Source: an uncultured Methanosarcinaceae archaeon
GTDB lineage: Archaea > Halobacteriota > Methanosarcinia > Methanosarcinales > Methanosarcinaceae
Assembly: GCA_963833425.1 (NCBI GenBank)
Contig: CAWHXP010000005.1
Span: 160,001-224,000, forward strand
Reading direction: 5' to 3'
DNA length: 64,000 nt
The translations under genes were made by a program, and so were the position numbers. Positions 58,084 through 64,000 of the stretch are shown one piece after another (within the stretch, counting starts at the first letter, position 1; every line of letters begins with the position of its first letter). The notes under the pieces are model-generated. The model was not told the origin of the DNA and searched no databases. It was given only the letters and a program-made list of their open reading frames with translations.

Positions 58084-58941
58084 ATGAAAGAAACTAAATG
58101 TGATAACGCAAGTAGAAAGCTTACAATCATAACGATTTTAGGAATCACTGTACTGGGATTTTTAATGCTAGTAAGTATTGCAGGTGCTGCACAGATTGTA
58201 GATATTCCGAATTCCGGCAGCAACAATGTATCTAATTTAACTATAGTACTTGAAAATGACATAAAAATTCAGGAAAAAGCGATTGAAATTAACCCACAAA
58301 ACTCAACGGCTTGGAACATCAAAGGGGCTGATTTAGGGCTATCAGGCAAGTTCGATGAAGCAATAAAAGCATTTGACAAGGCAATTGAAATTAACCCACG
58401 GGATTCACTGGCTTGGATCAATAAAGGATTTGCTCTAGGTGATTTAAATAAATCCGATGAAGCAATAAAAGCATTTGACAAAGCAATTGAAATTAACCCG
58501 CAAAATTCAACGGCTTGGAACATTAAAGGAATTGCTCTGAGCAATTTTAATAAATCCGATGAAGCAATAAAAGCATTTGACAAGGCAATTGAAATTAATC
58601 CGCAGGATTCAATGGCTTTGGACAATAAAGGAGAGTCTCTAGGAAATTTAGGCAAATCAGATGAAGCAATAAAAGCATTTGACAAGGCAATTGAAATCAA
58701 CTCGCAGGATTCAGTTGCTTGGACAGGCAAAGGTCTGGCTCTGGAAGATTTAAATAAATCTGATGAAGCAATCACGGCATATGACAAAGCGATTGAAATT
58801 AACCCAAAGAATTCAATGGCTTGGTATAATAAAGGAGATGCTCTCGATAGATTAAATAAATCCGATGAAGCAACAAAAGCATATGATAAAGCGATTGAAA
58901 TTAACCCTCAACTCAAAAACTTGGTCAATGAAAGTACTTAA
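58084..58941 (+). CDS. Secreted/membrane-anchored tetratricopeptide repeat protein
   Basis: Hydrophobic N-terminus ending MLVSIAGAA; about six 34-aa repeats AW.NKG.AL..L.KSDEAIKAFDKAIEINP. Confidence 0.92.
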   Translation: MKETKCDNASRKLTIITILGITVLGFLMLVSIAGAAQIVDIPNSGSNNVSNLTIVLENDIKIQEKAIEINPQNSTAWNIKGADLGLSGKFDEAIKAFDKAIEINPRDSLAWINKGFALGDLNKSDEAIKAFDKAIEINPQNSTAWNIKGIALSNFNKSDEAIKAFDKAIEINPQDSMALDNKGESLGNLGKSDEAIKAFDKAIEINSQDSVAWTGKGLALEDLNKSDEAITAYDKAIEINPKNSMAWYNKGDALDRLNKSDEATKAYDKAIEINPQLKNLVNEST

Positions 58942-59037
58942 TCTAAATAAAATAAATCTAATGATAGATGCGTGGTACAATAAAGAACTCTATTTAAGTA
59001 GATAAAAAATTTAATTTGTGGGGACAGTGTATCTAAC

Positions 59038-59140
59038 GTTCTGTAAAATATGAATCGTCCCTTACCCTTTTTTACACTGCAAAAAGTAAGATTCAGAGCC
59101 AAAAGCTTTTACTGGTAAAGCTTCCGTTTTTATTATTTTC
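59038..59140 (-). repeat. Right copy of the 103-bp inverted repeat
   Basis: GTTCTGTAAAATA...CTTCCGTTTTTATTATTTTC is the reverse complement of 57641-57743. Confidence 0.85.
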
Positions 59141-60029
59141 ACGAACGACTAGGTTTAAAGCAATAATCTATGCATTAGCAAATGAGCCTGGTCAGCTACT
59201 GCACATTTTTATGACATACTAGGATCCGTAAAATTATAAAGATTGTGAACACAAGTCCAATTAAGCATTATGAAGTATTCGAATATATTTTCAATTTGAA
59301 AAAAACATAAAATTTGCATTTGTAAACAAATGTCAACTAAGAAAGAGCTAGAAAAAAGAAGAAATAAAAGGAGACAGGAAAAACAGAAAAAAACTGAAAC
59401 CAGTAATAAATGAATTCAAAAAAATACATAAATCATAAAAAAGGAAACAGAGTCGAATAAAAAGAAAAAAACATAAAAAGCGGCTCACACACAGCTAATA
59501 ATACACGTTACACCACGCAAGATAAAGGGACAGGACAGGAATCTTTCAATTTTTCATGTGCAGAAGTTTTATCATAAAAAATCCATATATTTTCTTCGTT
59601 TCAGCTGAAATCAGAAATATTTTTACTTTTTTTAAATGAATCATATTACAATTTTATAAAAAATCTCTATGATCTTAGTTATTTAAAAAATTGGAATCAA
59701 AAACATAAACCACTACTTTTACTATCGATTATCCATAGAAGATTTCATTGCCAATAATACTTATTAAAAAAATGAAACAAAAATATATATAAATATTTCC
59801 GGTAATATCCGTGATATTCACATAGATAACTTACAAAACATGATATCACCATGAGTATCAAAAGGCTTAGTAATGTCAATAAAAAAACAGATAGTATATA
59901 ATATATAAATTAACAAAAAAATTATAGAAAATTCCGATAAATCGCAATTTTATGCTGTTGCTTATAGAGTTTATACAGGTGACTTGTTTAAATCAAATGT
60001 AAATCGGAATTCCCTATGGAATATATTAC

Positions 60030-60395
60030 TTATAGTATGATATTAACTGGTGGGTAGTAGGGGTAGAAGGGGTATTCCATGCCGTAACAGCCGCCAATAC
60101 CGTATCCATATCCTCCGCAGCCGCCCCAGCCGCCCATGCCACAGCCGCCCCAGCCGCCCATGCCACAGCCGCCAAATCCGCCGTAGCCGCATCCGCCGAA
60201 GCCACATCCACCAAATCCGCCGCATCCGCCAAATCCGCCGCATCCGCCAAAGCCGCGATCTCCGAAGCCGTGACCGAAACGGTGACCTCCGCGGCCTCCA
60301 TCTGCACTAGCTGCAATTGCTGTTAAAGATGCTACAAAAAGGACTGAAAGCAAAATGGCCAGTACCTTTTTCATTCCACTATACTGTTTCAACAT
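60030..60395 (-). CDS. Secreted Gly/Cys/aromatic-rich repeat peptide
   Basis: GGGAGT RBS; signal peptide MKKVLAILLSVLFVASLTAIAASA; eight GGC units; Tyr/Pro-rich tail. Confidence 0.8.
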   Translation of the reverse strand: MLKQYSGMKKVLAILLSVLFVASLTAIAASADGGRGGHRFGHGFGDRGFGGCGGFGGCGGFGGCGFGGCGYGGFGGCGMGGWGGCGMGGWGGCGGYGYGIGGCYGMEYPFYPYYPPVNIIL

Positions 60396-61257
60396 TTATT
60401 TACACTCCCATTTTATTTTATTTTATTTGATACAATGTTAATCGGTTTAGGACTTACGTAGTTGAACAGCAAAATAAGTAGCTGTTAAATGTGTAAGTTT
60501 CAAAATTTCAATAAACCACCAGATTTTATCACAGGCATATAACTGGTTTATATAACTAGTGAAAAATCAGAAGTTTATCAAAATCCTCTCTATTTTCATA
60601 GCACGTGCCTACTTAGTACCAAAATTTAGTGATTAACGTAAAATTAAAATCACTCGATTTTGCAATTTGCTACAATCCGTGTAATTATACTTCTGGATTG
60701 AAGCTTCTAAATATCGAATGTTAATTTTGATCGAAGGCTGAATTTTTCGTGTGAATTCAGATCTTCAATCAAAAAATGTAAGATCACTTAATTTTGGAAT
60801 AAGCTGGATATGCTAATGAAAAGTGATTTCAAGTTGTATCAACCATATATTATTATTCAATGAATATAAAACAAAGAGAATACTAAATAAGGAACTTATA
60901 TTTACGATATCTAGACTATAAATAATCCAATATTCCAATCTAATCATATCCTTCGCTTGTGGTAATGAATCCACATGTCCTTTTTGGAGATTGCCAATGC
61001 AGCAGATGTCTTGCGTGAAAGATTTTTTGATATTAATAATTAACTTTTTAACTTTTTTTATGCTTAAAATAAACGGATACAGAGTTAATCAGATTTTATA
61101 GAATTTTCGGTACACTGCTGATTAATGTAAAAAAAAGAAAGAATACACAGTTTTTGTGTAAAACCTCATGCATAATAAAGTTACATATCAGCATAGTGAT
61201 TATATTCGCCCCTACTTCTTGTTGGCTAAAGCATCACATAATCTATTCAATTTTTAT

Positions 61258-62367
61258 TTAGTGAATCAAATTTTTAAGTTCAACAATCGCTAAATTTGTG
61301 TATCCCTTAATCAGATCTCCCACTGCATCGTGTAGTTCAGATATAAATTCCACACCAGATTGGTGATTCCACTCACCCGAAACGACTAAACCTTGTACAA
61401 AAGTGATCATTTGATGTATTTTCTTCACAGGAGTCAGTACATTGATTGCAACATTCGATGATAATGCAGTGTAATTTATAGCATCATCAGGCGTAAAATC
61501 AACATGCAATGTTTGAATTCCTTCATTCAGTACGGTTCCTAAGGGGGGATTATAAATGAATGTCCCATTTAACGAAGCATTTGCATTTAGCTGAGTGCTA
61601 CTTAATGTTGTTCCATGGACTATGTCAGCAGGATTATTCCAAGTAATTATAGGAGTCGCTCTTGTTACATTAATCAAAGCAGTTGAATACGCTTGTGTAT
61701 AGTTGACAGTATCGGTTGGTGTGAAGGTGATACTCAATATCTGCTGCTGACCTGCACTCAATACAGTGCCAGTGGGTGGAGTATATACAAAATTTCCATT
61801 TACTGAAGCGTACGCATCTAGCTGAGTGTTGTTCAATGCCGTTCCATATGTTATATTAGAAGGATTATTCCAATAAATTGTAGGTGTTAATTTTCCTACA
61901 AGCTGCCCGAGATTATAAGGATTCCATCCTAAATTCACTGTGGCCATGACAGTACTATTCCCTGCGTTGATTACAGGGACATTTTTATCTAATCTGTTCG
62001 CAGAATTATACTTTCGTTCCATTTGAGTGAATGCAACTCCAATAGGATATTTTCCTGCATTTAACATGGCTGTAACAGCGTTTTTGGCAGTGTCAATCAC
62101 GGAGACATTTTTGTTATCATCGGTCGTCAAATATACTTTTGACCCATCAGTAGTGATTGCAACTTTCCAAAGATCGTTCCCCACATTCATGATGGTTATA
62201 AAAGCGTTGGTTGCAGTATCAATTACTGAGTCAGTGTTGATTACAGAGTCAGTGTTGCTGTCCTTTGTAATATAAGTAAATGGAGCCGCGTCTGCGGCAC
62301 TCACCAGCATCAAAATCGCAGCTACTAACACTAAAGCTATTGAATACAGCTTTATTTTATTTAGCAT
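61258..62367 (-). CDS. Cell-surface protein: degenerate YVTN repeats plus two Ig-like (MBG-type) repeats, possibly decaying
   Basis: Signal peptide ending MLVSAADA; VSVIDTA repeats; two copies of TPxIxWNNPxxIxxGTxLxxTQLxA. Confidence 0.8.
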   Translation of the reverse strand: MLNKIKLYSIALVLVAAILMLVSAADAAPFTYITKDSNTDSVINTDSVIDTATNAFITIMNVGNDLWKVAITTDGSKVYLTTDDNKNVSVIDTAKNAVTAMLNAGKYPIGVAFTQMERKYNSANRLDKNVPVINAGNSTVMATVNLGWNPYNLGQLVGKLTPTIYWNNPSNITYGTALNNTQLDAYASVNGNFVYTPPTGTVLSAGQQQILSITFTPTDTVNYTQAYSTALINVTRATPIITWNNPADIVHGTTLSSTQLNANASLNGTFIYNPPLGTVLNEGIQTLHVDFTPDDAINYTALSSNVAINVLTPVKKIHQMITFVQGLVVSGEWNHQSGVEFISELHDAVGDLIKGYTNLAIVELKNLIH

Positions 62368-62640
62368 GTATTTCCCCCTTTTTAATATGATTGTTAGAGT
62401 ATAATAGGACTGATACAATCTTTTAGATTAATTTTATAATATTTATAGGCAAGTAAAATTTTATATATACAACTATCAATTTAAATGTATATAGTTCTAT
62501 ACCTAATACTTACATACTTTACTATTCTGATGGATGTGACTATTAACTAATTGATTTTCTTTTTAGTCATACAATTTCCCCTTTTTTTCACTTTTCCAAT
62601 CAGGATACGTTTAAAACTATAACAAATGGAATTATACCGA

Positions 62641-63113
62641 TATGGAGGAGGTTTCCAAGCACAAAGAATTGTTTTAAAAAATTTATTCATCTCTTGAAAA
62701 AAAAGGAGAAAAAAAGATAGCAGTTTTGGGGTCTTATCAAGAGGCTATGAAAAGCCTGAAATTGATATATATTGTAGAATTTTCCAAAACGAAAACTCTG
62801 CGCATCCTCACCAGGATTGAAATAAAACTGTGAGATTTTCTTGGCGTTAAGATCGATTTGCTTACTGAAATTTCAAAATCCAATACCTTATTGATGGTAT
62901 TTAAAAAGAAGCTAAAACGATCACGGTATGAAAAAGGATGATCTTATTTATCGTAACCCATCTTCAATTCAATCAAAAGGATCGATGAATATGTCGATGG
63001 TATGGAAAAAGACATTTTTCTATTCAACAACCTGGTTCAGGACTGCTGCACAAGGCTGCATCATATCCAGTAGAAATATCTGTTTTCTGGAAATTGACAA
63101 GTTATTAAGCTAA
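62641..63113 (+). pseudogene. MNT (nucleotidyltransferase) - HEPN (DUF86) toxin-antitoxin pair, decayed
   Basis: Fragments KKIAVLGSY, IVEFSKTK, FLGVKIDLLTE, then MKKDDLIY...IDEYVDGMEK...NNLVQD. Confidence 0.7.
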
Positions 63114-63195
63114 TAAATTTTTGAGGATACACTTATTTCGGTGCCTCCTTTATATTTAGTGGAGATCAATATTAAATTTGATATATAATTTCTTA

Positions 63196-63420
63196 ATGGA
63201 GAAACGAGGGCCAAAAACAAAGTTCATTAATGTTTTTTTTGTCCAAATCAAGATTGTAAATTTTTGATATTCCTGGAATGTGAAATTTCATAGGTAACTG
63301 TATATACAAATCTTAATAAGATAGTTCAAAAAATATATCTATTGAGGGTGCTGATGAGTATTCAAAGATCGAACAAACACTTTATCTTTTAATCTTCGTA
63401 AAGACGAATTCATGAGACTA
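63196..63420 (+). mobile_element. IS1-like transposase N-terminal remnant
   Basis: Fragments RGPKTKF.NVF, CPNQDCKF and FKDRTNTL..NLRKDE. Confidence 0.5.
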
Positions 63421-64000
63421 TTTGAAATAAAATTCCATATTTGAAATATAAAATTGTACACTAATGCAAAAATTTGATTCTAAACAAATTCAATACACGA
63501 CTAATTTTCGAAATTCTCTCTCAATTTTAAAGTAGTGTCACAAGAAAGTATGAGAATTTGCCTATGTTTTTCTTATAGTTTTTGCATTTACTGGTACTAA
63601 CAAGCCATAATACGTATATTTGATATCATATGGAATAATTTAGTTTACAAACACATAGTCAAAAACTCTGAGATTTTATTTTTTTCAGTGAAACTCATTT
63701 TATTAGAATTTAAGGCTCGTTACAAAATCGAAGTTTCTGTGACTTTAATGTCAATAAGAACATGCGGAAACCGTGAGTACTAAAGAGGAATAAATAGGGA
63801 AATAAAATTGGGAATCAGGATCGAATACATCTACATGGTTGACGATGTATTGAAGTAAGAAATTAAACTCAGGGAAATACAAGCCTCTATAGGCATTATT
63901 GCAAAACGAATAGTTTTCAGGAAAACATTTTCTCACTTGAGTTGCTTCGCACAAATAAAGCCGTATACTTACTATTTGAGAAAGCCAGCATCATTTATAG

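Noticed and set aside
58270..58910. Regularly spaced DNA repeats as a CRISPR or DGR template
   Set aside because: The 102-bp period equals the 34-aa TPR coding repeat; no reverse transcriptase present
60026..60316. Alternative-frame ORFs (Ala/Asp-rich, Arg/Trp-rich, antisense Arg-rich)
   Set aside because: By-products of the GC-rich repeat; only the Gly/Cys frame has an RBS and a signal peptide

Overview
AT-rich archaeal chromosomal window, most consistent with a Methanosarcina-like methanogen. The evidence is an intron-containing tRNA-Met, archaeal NAC, CDC48/VAT, YVTN/Ig-like surface proteins and Methanosarcina-type IS remnants; the taxon is inferred, not searched. Intact housekeeping blocks are an ArsR/HSR1-cdc48-hsp20-hsp20 heat-shock operon, proA-proB-proC, NAC/HesB, a glycogen debranching enzyme, ManC, a cyclase, a radical SAM protein and a glycan cluster (membrane protein, flippase, FemAB-like GNAT). 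Between them lie many pseudogenes (flippase, KaiC, SerB, histidine kinase, MurL-like ATPase, pentapeptide/ion channel, deacetylase, MNT-HEPN) and IS debris (IS6 with its ~150-bp MITEs, IS5, IS110, IS200, IS256, IS630, IS1). No CRISPR array or rRNA was seen. The most notable signals are a secreted Gly/Cys-repeat peptide, a MurL-like epimerase relic in a peptidoglycan-free host, a candidate structured ncRNA near 7.2 kb, a GC-rich bacterial msrA-dipZ/ccdA fragment, an in-frame amber codon in a surface-protein gene, a TPR gene bracketed by 103-bp inverted repeats, and an HSR1-type operator. No complete novel system could be demonstrated from the sequence alone. Coordinates of decayed relics are approximate.
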